The notes beneath the pieces were generated by a model. It made no database searches. It was not told the DNA's origin and was given only the letters and a program-made list of their open reading frames with translations. The position numbers were made by a program, and so were the translations under genes. Shown piece by piece: positions 34,697-44,040 of a stretch of DNA of 64,000 bases (position 1 is the first letter of the stretch; each line of letters opens with the position of its first letter). The DNA is from Paramoeba atlantica (taxonomy: Eukaryota; Protista; Discosea). Location: contig CDRNVI010000012.1 of the NCBI GenBank assembly GCA_977017575.1, positions 1 to 64,000 of the forward strand, in the 5' to 3' direction.

Positions 34697-35683
34697 ATGA
34701 ACTCAAGAAATATATTTTTCAAAGAAAAAATGTGCGAAACTGCTCCTCTCGTTTTAGTTACAGGGGGAACGGGGCTTGTAGGCACGGCTTTACGAGATAT
34801 TGACCGATCGAGTCTGGGATTTCGCTGGGTCTTTTCTTGCAGTTCGGATGCTGATCTGCGTTGTGCCCAGGCAACCGAAAAGATGTTTTGTTTGCATCGC
34901 CCAACATTCGTAATACATCTCGCTGCACGTGTTGGTGGACTATACAGCAATTTGGAACACCCAGTATCTATGTATGAGGACAACTGTCTTATTAACATAA
35001 ACGTTTTACGATGTGTCCGCCGTTTTCAAGTAAAGAAAACAGTTTGCTGTCTCAGCACATGTATTTTTCCTGCTGAACCTGCTGATTTTCCAATGGATGA
35101 GTCATCCCTTCATTGCGGTGCCCCGCATCCTTCAAACGAAAGTTACGCTTACGCGAAAAGAGGTCTAGAGGTACTGTGTCGGAGTTATCGTGCAGAGTAT
35201 GGCACTAACATTGTGTGCGTGATTCCTTCGAATCTTTACGGAGAAAATGACAACTACAATCTAGAGGAGGCGCACGTTATTCCTGCACTGATTCATAAAT
35301 GTTTCTTAGCACTGAAATCAGGAACCGATTTTAACGTTTGTGGATCCGGAAGGCCACTACGACAATTTCTATACGCGAAAGACTTCGCAAAATTATTGAT
35401 TTGGGCTCTTCAAAATTATGAGAGCAAAGAGCCCCTTATTACCTGCAACAGTGAGCATAATGAACTTACTATTTCGTGTGCAGCGCAGTGCATTGCAAAC
35501 TCTTTTGAGTTCAAAGGCAATATTACTTTTAGTACTTCTCATAGTGACGGAATACTTCGAAAAACCGTAACAAACAAGGTATTCCGCAGCCTTTGTCCAC
35601 ATTTTTCTTTTACCGCACTGCAGCAAGGAATTGATAATTCTGTAAAGTGGTTCTTAAAAAACCACAGTACATGCCGTCTATAA
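34697..35683 (+). CDS. GMER: GDP-L-fucose synthase (GDP-4-keto-6-deoxymannose epimerase/reductase)
   Basis: VTGGTGLVG, VIHLAARVGG, LSTCIFP, YAYAKR, PSNLYGENDN, GSGRPLRQF. Ends in -CRL (PTS1-like). Start may be 34730. Confidence 0.95.
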   Translation: MNSRNIFFKEKMCETAPLVLVTGGTGLVGTALRDIDRSSLGFRWVFSCSSDADLRCAQATEKMFCLHRPTFVIHLAARVGGLYSNLEHPVSMYEDNCLININVLRCVRRFQVKKTVCCLSTCIFPAEPADFPMDESSLHCGAPHPSNESYAYAKRGLEVLCRSYRAEYGTNIVCVIPSNLYGENDNYNLEEAHVIPALIHKCFLALKSGTDFNVCGSGRPLRQFLYAKDFAKLLIWALQNYESKEPLITCNSEHNELTISCAAQCIANSFEFKGNITFSTSHSDGILRKTVTNKVFRSLCPHFSFTALQQGIDNSVKWFLKNHSTCRL

Positions 35684-35823
35684 AAGCAGATGTCATCTTA
35701 TTGCTCAAAAGGGAATAAAATGATTTGCTCAGGCAAAAGGTTGCCAATGTAGGAAATGTGATGATCCCCCCGCCATCGCGACGTAGCATACTTCAGGCAC
35801 AGGCGTCATTAGTACGTTACATA

Positions 35824-35896
35824 CAGGGGGTGGCAAGAATATATGGGTGTCTAAAACGAATTTTGACCCACCCCCATATTTTCTTGCCACCCCCTG
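35824..35896. mobile_element. Minimal 73-bp TIR element (Tc1-like MITE)
   Basis: CAGGGGGTGGCAAGAATATATGGG ... CCCATATTTTCTTGCCACCCCCTG (23/24 match); TA on the left, CA on the right. Confidence 0.7.
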
Positions 35897-36069
35897 CATG
35901 TCGCCATTTGCTGAAGACGAAGCATTCGATTTCCAGTGTGTGGTGAAACTGTCACGATACCTTGTAGAGTTATTGAGTGATAGTACCTTCGTGCTACCAG
36001 ACAGTTCCTTATTATATATATAGTTCCTTATTATATATACCACCTGTATATATATAATTCCTTATTATA

Positions 36070-37402
36070 AACCCCTGGCCAAAATAAGGCACCCCCCTCT
36101 AAAAATTCGATGCTTTGTTTGTTTGAGCTAATTTCAATGGCATTTTGCAGATCTCAGTTCGGGATTTATGTCCTCCCACACTTGGTCACTAGTCCTATAG
36201 CTATTTATAAAGTGGAAACTATTTACCACTTTTTTACCTTTTCGCCACCTAGTTCGACGCAGGCCTTCAGTCTACGATCGAAACTTAAGATGGTATCATT
36301 TATCATCTCAGTCGGTAAAGAACTCCATGTGTTTAGAATACACCTTTGCAGTTCGGAAACTGTAGATGGTAGCTTTTCATTTACGTCTTGTTGTACCATT
36401 GACCATATGTTTTCAATGGGAGAAAGATCGGGAGAATTTGGGGGCCAATTTTTTAGTAGATTAATTTTTCGTTTGTTCAGGTAATTTATGGTGGCCTTGG
36501 CCGTATGAGCGGTGGCACCATCTTGTTGAAATATTCTTTTGCGGGGGAAATAAACATGTTTTAGTGTGTCTATGTGTGTTTCGTGGGTAATAGAGGTCCT
36601 GCTAGATAAAATTTTTAAGCATCTCCAGTTAATTCCTATAGCACCCCACACCTGACACTTAGGCGCCCAGCGCACCTTTAGTCTCTTTGCAGGGGTCTCT
36701 CCTTTTTTTACCCACATTTTCATTCGATTATCGTTTGTATCAAACACCTTCTCATCTGAGAATATCAATTTCGATGTGTCCTCTTTGTAATTTAAAGAAA
36801 ACTGTACGCGTTTTTCTTTTTGTACAGCGGTGAGCCCTTGTGAAATTGGGCGTGGCCTATATTGATGCCCTGCTTGCCTCAAATCTCGACGAACAGTTCG
36901 AGGGCTTGCAGTAACACCCTTTCTGTACAAAACAACAGAAATACGCTTTGAACTGTTGTACTTTGGCACCCCTGCCGCATCTTTCTTAGAAATAATGGTT
37001 TCAATCCTTTTTTTACGAGACTTTATTTCTTTTTTCTGTGGGGATTTCTTTAGGCTTTTTTTCGTCTCAATTTTGGGGTGATCACGGAGGTATTTTCGAA
37101 TGTATTTCACGCTTACATTCAATTCACGTGCTATTCGTTTCTTTGGGATGCCATCTTGAAACCTTAAAAGCATGAGTTCCTTCCCCAGGGGGCTGAGGCC
37201 ACCTTTCGGAGGCCTGCGATTTTTTCATAAATCGACCCTAATGTTAAAGTGGTAAAATATTTTTTTATTTTTTTATTTTTCATGAGCTAAAAACAGCGGG
37301 AACGTACACATCTCAAAATTTTGAACGAAAACATGGTATGATAACCCTACCATACCCATCATGCAAAAAATAAGGGGGGTGCCTTATTGGTGGCCAAGGG
37401 TT
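36070..37402 (-). mobile_element. Tc1/mariner (IS630-like) DNA transposon, 1333 bp, about 30-bp imperfect TIRs, TA TSD
   Basis: TA|AACCCCTGGCCAAAATAAGGCACCCCCC ... GGGGGGTGCCTTATTGGTGGCCAAGGGTT|TA enclosing a DDE transposase ORF. Confidence 0.93.
36223..37173 (-). CDS. Tc1-like DDE transposase (DD35E)
   Basis: HTH KRIARELNVS; IFSDEK; QVWGAI; FQQDGATAH; WPPNSPDLSPIENIW. I count 35 residues between the second D and the E. Confidence 0.95.
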   Translation of the reverse strand: MLLRFQDGIPKKRIARELNVSVKYIRKYLRDHPKIETKKSLKKSPQKKEIKSRKKRIETIISKKDAAGVPKYNSSKRISVVLYRKGVTASPRTVRRDLRQAGHQYRPRPISQGLTAVQKEKRVQFSLNYKEDTSKLIFSDEKVFDTNDNRMKMWVKKGETPAKRLKVRWAPKCQVWGAIGINWRCLKILSSRTSITHETHIDTLKHVYFPRKRIFQQDGATAHTAKATINYLNKRKINLLKNWPPNSPDLSPIENIWSMVQQDVNEKLPSTVSELQRCILNTWSSLPTEMINDTILSFDRRLKACVELGGEKVKKW

Positions 37403-37459
37403 TATATACCAGACAGTTCCTTGGAAAAATAAAGATAATGAAATAAAGATAATGACATA

Positions 37460-38130
37460 CAGTGAAGTATTCAAATACGAGTGGATTATTATATTACGGT
37501 TATTTTTAATTATGGTTATTTTTAATTAAGATTATCTTTAGCCCCGAAAAAAAAATACTTTTTTTCATGTCTGTCACCGTCGACCTCACTTTCATACGAA
37601 ACAGAAACCTTTATAAAATGATCACAGACGAATCCAATGGCTTGGGCGCTTAAAAGTTACTCAAAAAGTGTGTTGAAAAATTCTTAATTTACGAGTGGAT
37701 TACCGTAGAAACTTCAATTAAGGGTAATTAAAATTAAGGCAGCTTTAATTAAGACGGGAGTTAATTTTTTGTCGTTTTGAGGGAAAAATTGGGAAAACTT
37801 AATTTCATGATTCCGTCTCAGACTTCTCCTTTCAATGATCGTTTTAGCTTTTCTCTCACACGTTGAACTAGACCGTAAAGGTAGGCGAAACAGGCGAAGC
37901 TCGTCTAGAAAAGTTCGAAAAACATGAAAAATGATCAGAAACTGAGCACGTTTAGCAGAAATGCGATATTTATGCTACAAACGACAATTCTTAAATCCGT
38001 TCTGCCTTAATTACTTTTATCCTTAATGACCGTTTCACCGGTATATTATGGTTAATTTAATTAAGATTAATTTTAGCCAAAAATAACCTTAAAAGCGTAA
38101 TTAAATAATACCGTAATTAAATAAACACTG
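37460..38130. mobile_element. Degenerate non-autonomous TIR element (TA|CAGTG...CACTG|TA) hosting a nested MITE
   Basis: CAGTG termini with TA on both sides; repeated AATTA(C/T)GG subterminal motifs. Confidence 0.5.
37703..38041. mobile_element. Nested MITE, 339 bp, about 40-bp degenerate TIRs beginning CCG, TA TSD
   Basis: TA|CCGTAGAAACTTCAATTAAGGG..AATTAAGGCAG is inverted to CTGCCTTAATT..CCTTAATGACCGTTTCACCGG|TA. An uninterrupted paralogous empty site lies at 37477-37543. Confidence 0.7.
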
Positions 38131-38787
38131 TACATCTTTATAACACTGTACATCTCCTTAGTACGACAGTACCGTACTTAGTGCCGTACTATTCGTACTA
38201 AGTACGAAAGTTCGTACTAAGAAAAATTTATTCAGCTTGCTTGTTAATTCGAATTTGAGAGCAATTATCACTCGAAAACATGATCTCGAATTTGGGAGCA
38301 ATTAATCTGTCGAATTGTCTTCACGATCACGACGCGATGCCCGTTGACGGCATGGGCCACGAATACCACATGTTGCTTCGCCCCGGCTGTATTCGAGTAA
38401 GGCCCCGTGCGTCTACTTATACTAGAGTGTCGATTTCTCCTACAACTTTTCAGAGATTTTCTAAAACTCTCTAAAAATTGAAATCGGGTCGACGATCGTG
38501 GCTGTCATTCAAAAGGGCAATACGGCGATTCCGTCATCAAGTGTCCACCAGTGGCGGGAGGTGAGCATTCGACAATATTTATTGTTCTAAAAAAAGGGGG
38601 GAAACGTTTCTGTAAAACAAATCCCTTTTTTTTTCACTTTGATTTAGAAGGAAAAATTAAAAAATATCATTCGATCAATTAAAATCCAAGTACCCTCCCA
38701 TGTTTGGAAACCTTTCGGCTAGTAGCATTTGGGAAGAACAAGTAAAATGAATTACCGGAATGCTACACACAAAAGTTCTGTGATTCA

Positions 38788-39936
38788 ATGAAGTTCGCCT
38801 CACTTATGCTAAGAGATTCTTTTCCCGACAAGCCAATGTGCTTTAGACCCGACACCAAGGGGTACTATTCCGATGATTTTAAGCGATCCGTCCCTGTTTC
38901 TCAACATGATCACGCAATTTTTCGCCTTGGCTCTACTTCGACTTTCTCTATTTCGAGGCAAAACACACCCTTCCAACAAAGCACTTTGCGTATATTTTTT
39001 CTAGATAACAAAAGAGTAAACCTCTGGCACATTTCACGACGGAGTAATATAATAGGCGGAACGTTTGGTCAGCCCGATAAGAAACAAGGAAGAATATTTG
39101 ATCGCGCATATAAGCATATTTTTGGGGGTGATCCAAAGCGTGAGAATGAAAAGCAGCTTTCAGAATATGTCCCAGATGAGCACGAAGCGGGAGAAACCGC
39201 GAAGAATGGAGAACACCTCGCAAGAGAGACCACCCTCGCGTTAGGACGACGAGTTCTCGCGTTGATTGAAACAAGAGGCGAAGTGCAGGAGATCCGCCGA
39301 GTGATGGATCGGTTTCTATCCTCGCTACGAATTACAGAGGATCTCCTCCCAGAGAAAAGTCTAGCCTACCTGATACATCCTGGGCTTTCGGGACCCGGTG
39401 AGGCTCCGAATCACCTCATTGAAGAGTTCCCTTCCAATCTAAAGGATTTTATACACGTCCTGGAGCAGGAGGATCCAATCCTGGAACCAAAGGCTCCGGT
39501 CTCCACTCTTTCAGGTGAGGATACCGACGAAGACGCACCTCGGGATGTGTACCTTAGTAAAATACTATGCGCTATGGCCATTTCAGCGAATCACGAAGGA
39601 CTACACTTCCCGGCACTGGGGTGCTGTAAAGTCGCGCGGTCATGCACGCGAAACCCTACGCGGCTCGGTGGGATTTACGCCCTTGAGGCCGGGGTGTTAA
39701 ATCGTATGCGTCGGTATCGTGAAGCAGAGGAAAGTGCTCGAAGTGCCGTCTCGGCTAGTCGGGGTTACAATTCTCAAGCATATTTGCAAGGTGCCACCGC
39801 ATTAGTGCACCTGCAAAAACCGGATGCCGCGAGACTGTTGCTCGATGAGGGCCTGGGTCTTATCCAGGACTCCAGAAGCCACGCGCTTGAGGCTCTGAGG
39901 AAACAAATTAAGCGCGTGCCCAAAATTTCTGAGTGA
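38788..39936 (+). CDS. Hypothetical protein with C-terminal TPR-like helical repeats
   Basis: 382-aa ORF; IYALEAGVLNRMRRYREAEESARSAV and AYLQGATALVHLQKPDAARLLLDEGL resemble TPR helices. Confidence 0.6.
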   Translation: MKFASLMLRDSFPDKPMCFRPDTKGYYSDDFKRSVPVSQHDHAIFRLGSTSTFSISRQNTPFQQSTLRIFFLDNKRVNLWHISRRSNIIGGTFGQPDKKQGRIFDRAYKHIFGGDPKRENEKQLSEYVPDEHEAGETAKNGEHLARETTLALGRRVLALIETRGEVQEIRRVMDRFLSSLRITEDLLPEKSLAYLIHPGLSGPGEAPNHLIEEFPSNLKDFIHVLEQEDPILEPKAPVSTLSGEDTDEDAPRDVYLSKILCAMAISANHEGLHFPALGCCKVARSCTRNPTRLGGIYALEAGVLNRMRRYREAEESARSAVSASRGYNSQAYLQGATALVHLQKPDAARLLLDEGLGLIQDSRSHALEALRKQIKRVPKISE

Positions 39937-40229
39937 TTTTAAGTTCAAGGGTCATTTTCATCCCCTTAGAAATCAATCCGAGTCTGGCATTACTTTTTCA
40001 CACGAGTGGGAAATCCGAAGCGTAGATCTACGGATCGCACGTAGTCGCTTTTCTTGAAGGAAGGGGTCAGAAGATTCTCAGTCTCACTCTTCTATTTCAC
40101 TTAGTTTTTTAGCAGCCTGTAGGCTGTTACCTTGCCGAATCTGATACAATCTTGTACATGTGATGGTATTTCATTCAGATGTATTTAGATCCGTTAGGTG
40201 CTAAAAGCTACTTTTAAACTTGCTACCTC

Positions 40230-40620
40230 GAATGAGGTAAACTTCCTATATGTGTAAGTTATCCTATAACCCTGCTTTACCGGTCCAAAGCCCGGGGCCA
40301 CTGGCCTTGGTCGCAACCAAGTGCATGTGGAAAGGTGATGGTAGGAAATTAAGTACAACTGTAATATATATACTACTGTATTAGGATATAGGAAATTAAG
40401 TACTACTTGTATTTTGTGTAAATACTTACACACACACAAAAAAAAAAAGGGGGGGGGGGAGGTTCTTCCGACCTGTTAGCTTTGGACCAGCAGGATTATA
40501 GGATAACTTACACATATAGGAAGTATAGCTTGACTTGCCCCGCTCGGGTGCCAGTCACGCACACTTCCTGTAGGATGGAAGGTCGGACGTTAACCTCATT
40601 CCCTTGCAGGAGAATTAAGT
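40230..40620. repeat. Fold-back region: 29-bp perfect inverted repeat with extensions, direct repeats and an A11-G11 junction
   Basis: 40241-40269 is the exact reverse complement of 40496-40524. AGGAAATTAAGT-like motif at 40343, 40390 and 40608. A11 at 40438-40448, G11 at 40449-40459. Confidence 0.85.
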
Positions 40621-40826
40621 CTATCTGTATTTTTTGTCATTACTTAGCTTTCCAATCATTTCTTGATTCATTTTTTCAATAAACAGACTCAGGGAAATGC
40701 TTACTGCCAGACCGCTCATTATTCTTTTTTTTTTATTCTTTAGTTTTTTTATATATACGTATATGTCGCGTACGTAAACGCGTGCATGCATACGTAACAA
40801 TTAGTATATTCTTTGGGTTCATAAGA

Positions 40827-41984
40827 TTCCAACACATGTGGAACATACAACGTGTGTGATGTATGTGTAGATCACAAGATACCGTATGCCATTCGGCTCG
40901 TGCGATCCAACATTTGTGGATTTTTTATGTGAATCTCACTGAAACCACTTATACAGCTCTAACAGCTCATTAGACTCCAGCTATTGTACCTCAATAGATT
41001 CCAACATTTGTGGAATTTTTCTTATGTGGCGCCGCATCTGTGACCTTTTTATAGATTCCAACATTTGTGGAAACATTCTTACGTGTTACCACGAACATGA
41101 CCAAGTGGTTGAAAAAGTTCCAATATTTGTGGAAAGTTCTACACGTGATGGTTCCAACACCTGTGGAACATACGGCACAAGATATGTAGCCCTTCGGCTC
41201 GTGCCATCCAACATTTGTGGATTTTTTATGTGAATCTCACTGAAACCACTTATACAGCTTTAACGGGTCATCAGACTCCAGCTATTGTGCCTCAATAGAT
41301 TCCAACATTTGTGGAATTTTTCTTATGTGGCGCCGTATGTGTGGCCTTTTTATAGATTCTAGTATTTGTGGAAACATTCTTACGTGTTACCACGAACATG
41401 GCCAAGTGGTTGAAAAAAATTCCAATATTTGTGGAAAGTTACACGTGATGGTTCCAACACATGTGGAACATACGGCACAAGATATGTAGCCCTTCGGCTC
41501 GTGCCATCCAACATTTGCGGATTTTTATTTTTTATATGAAACCACTTTGAGGGCCCATTGTGTGGCTCAATGGGTAATTCCAACATTTTGTGGACGAATT
41601 CTTACGTGTTACCACGAACGGTTTTAAGGCCATCAGACTCCATAGGCTACATTTGCGAAAAGCTTTGTACATGACGCTACATGTGTAGCCTTTGGGTTCA
41701 TACGTTCCGACACGTGGAACATACGTCACGAAATATGTAGCCCTTCGGCTCGTGCGATCCAACATTTGTGGATTTTTTCACTAAAGCCAGCCTTCTATAG
41801 CTTTAAAGGCTCATCAGACTCCAAAATTTGTGGCTCAATGGATTACAACATTTCTGTGAATCGTGTATTTTTTGTATATGGCGCTGCATCTGTAACCTTT
41901 ATTGGATTCCAACATTTGTGGAAAAATCCCACGTGTTACCACGAACATGGTCAAGAGGCTCATAAGGTTCCGACATTCGTGGAA
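40827..41984. repeat. Higher-order array (about 300-bp unit x4) of about 18 palindromic TTCCA-N7-TGGAA motifs
   Basis: Motif at 40827, 40905, 40999, 41056, 41118, 41152, 41206, 41300, 41357, 41420, 41452, 41506, 41578, 41705, 41757, 41907 and 41968, plus degenerate copies. Confidence 0.92.
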
Positions 41985-42407
41985 ACTTCTGCACATGTGT
42001 AGATTTTGGGCTGATCAGGTACAAGACATGCAGCCTTTCCGCTCATAAAGGTGCAAACACTTGTTGCATAGTCATACGTGATATCTGGAAACACACGAGG
42101 TACACAGTCATACGCGACAGTGTATTCAGGCTTCCCGCTGCGTGTTATAAAATGAGCAATCCAGCCTACATGGCTGGAGATTTTGTCATGTGTTTCGATT
42201 TGATATGTGCTCTGCAGCACTACGTCGTTTGCGACGATTTCATAGTCGCTGCATCATTTTGTCTATCGTTTGTCAACGGAAAAGGACAATCACATAATTC
42301 ATTGTGATCATCAGGTGAATAAAAGATAAGCAGGCAGCGAACAAAATGACATGTTTTTGTTTTCAAAGAGACTGAAAGTTATTATACTATTTTACCTTTA
42401 ATTACCT

Positions 42408-43478
42408 ATGCCCGACGCTCTTCCGAACTTGGTTCCTGACTCAATTTCAGGAATCGGAGACGCTCATCAAGCGTTTCTGAGCCTCTGTTCAATGAAACGG
42501 ATGGGAGTCACCTTGCGGTCCGAGATCCTTGATGCGATTTCCGGCGCAGTCTGCCATGTTAAGGAGAAGCATGGCATTGATGAAATTTTTGAGCGCACTT
42601 CAGCGCATGGTGGGAGTGGCGACAGCGCTCGGGGGGTTCAAGCGATTCGCCGTGCGCTTGTGGCCCTGCAAAGCGGAGACTTTGGATCCCGCGACGTTCC
42701 CCAGAACGTGCTTATTGCCCTTCGAGATGAGCTATGTGCTCTTCAAGGAACATTGAACTCCGGTACCTCCGCAGATGCTACCACTGCTAGCTGTTCTACT
42801 GAAGATAAGAACAGCAAGGATGTACGTGGGGCGTTTCGTGACATCATCGGTACGCGCGATGACCCGCGGTGCGGAAGAGAGCTTCATGACTGTTTGACGC
42901 AGTCGGGCTTTAGCTCCGAACCGTGGCTGACAGCAGCGACCAAGAAGAAGGTCCGTGACAGCGTTGGTAGTCGGCCTGACATGGTCAACTGCGCCCGGGT
43001 TCTAACCGAGCTCGCGCCGGGGACGCCGATACCTGATGTTCAAAGCGAGGCGGTCCGCATCTCCTTTTGGACATTCTTGTGCAAGGTAGGGGCCGAACTC
43101 CTCTCCCATCGTCTCTCCCACGACGGGGCGCAGGTGGACACGGTAACTCTCGAGCAGCTTATGCTTGACGATTCCAAGGACCGCGGAAATAAGAATATTG
43201 TTTCATTTATTGCGACCCACTCCCGCGCTGTCCAGCTCGTAAATCGGTCCCAACCTCGCAAGAGTGCGTCAGGTTCGGGACATAAGCCACGCTCGCCTGC
43301 CATACGGGGGCGTAACTGGAAAACGTGGCTGTATCCCAATGCACCACGTGGTTCATGTAAGCACTGCGGGATGCTCGGTCATGAACTGAAGAATTGTCGA
43401 TTGACCGACGAACAGGTTCGTCTCAAAATGAAAACCCCTAATGAAAAGCCGGGGTACAAGCGCGTAGGTCGTGAATAG
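42408..43478 (+). CDS. Gag-like protein with CCHC zinc knuckle
   Basis: CKHCGMLGHELKNC = C-X2-C-X4-H-X4-C near a basic C-terminus. Confidence 0.8.
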   Translation: MPDALPNLVPDSISGIGDAHQAFLSLCSMKRMGVTLRSEILDAISGAVCHVKEKHGIDEIFERTSAHGGSGDSARGVQAIRRALVALQSGDFGSRDVPQNVLIALRDELCALQGTLNSGTSADATTASCSTEDKNSKDVRGAFRDIIGTRDDPRCGRELHDCLTQSGFSSEPWLTAATKKKVRDSVGSRPDMVNCARVLTELAPGTPIPDVQSEAVRISFWTFLCKVGAELLSHRLSHDGAQVDTVTLEQLMLDDSKDRGNKNIVSFIATHSRAVQLVNRSQPRKSASGSGHKPRSPAIRGRNWKTWLYPNAPRGSCKHCGMLGHELKNCRLTDEQVRLKMKTPNEKPGYKRVGRE

Positions 43479-44040
43479 ACCTACTTTCGAAATAGTAGCT
43501 TTAGAGGCTCGAGTGTGATTTCGAAATCGATATTGGTTTAACATCTCTTTTTACACATAGAGAAACTTGTGCTTAGCAAAGAAAATGCTCAATGTGCTTT
43601 ACTTCTGAAATGCTGTTGCATATTTATATCTGCGCAATTTTTTACTACAAATTTACTGCATTACTTATGCTTCAAACCGATCGAACTGCTTAACGTTTTT
43701 CAAAAACGTAGAAATATAGTATACTACTCACAGGGACTGTTCTATTCTGACTGGATGCTTCCTTTTAACGGTGTGAAATGACACGGCTGCTTTTGCACTT
43801 ACAAAACAAAAGTTGGGCTATTCTTTTTTATGCTATACTTGAGCAACAACTGTAGTAAGTTATGAGAATATTACATTGGTACTTTATCCTAGTGGACTAA
43901 AGCCACATTCAGAAGTCTTGGGATTTTCTTCCCCCATACGGGTCATGGTTGTAACACTAGACGAAAGGGTGTAAAACATGTTGTTTCTCTCAATAGGATT
44001 TCTCTATAAATTTCGTTTTCGATAGAGCTACATTTCCTGC

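Noticed and set aside
40827-41984. CRISPR array interpretation of the palindromic repeat-spacer pattern
   Set aside because: Spacers recur with a 300-bp period and vary widely in length, repeats are only 17 bp, there are no cas genes, and the context is eukaryotic.
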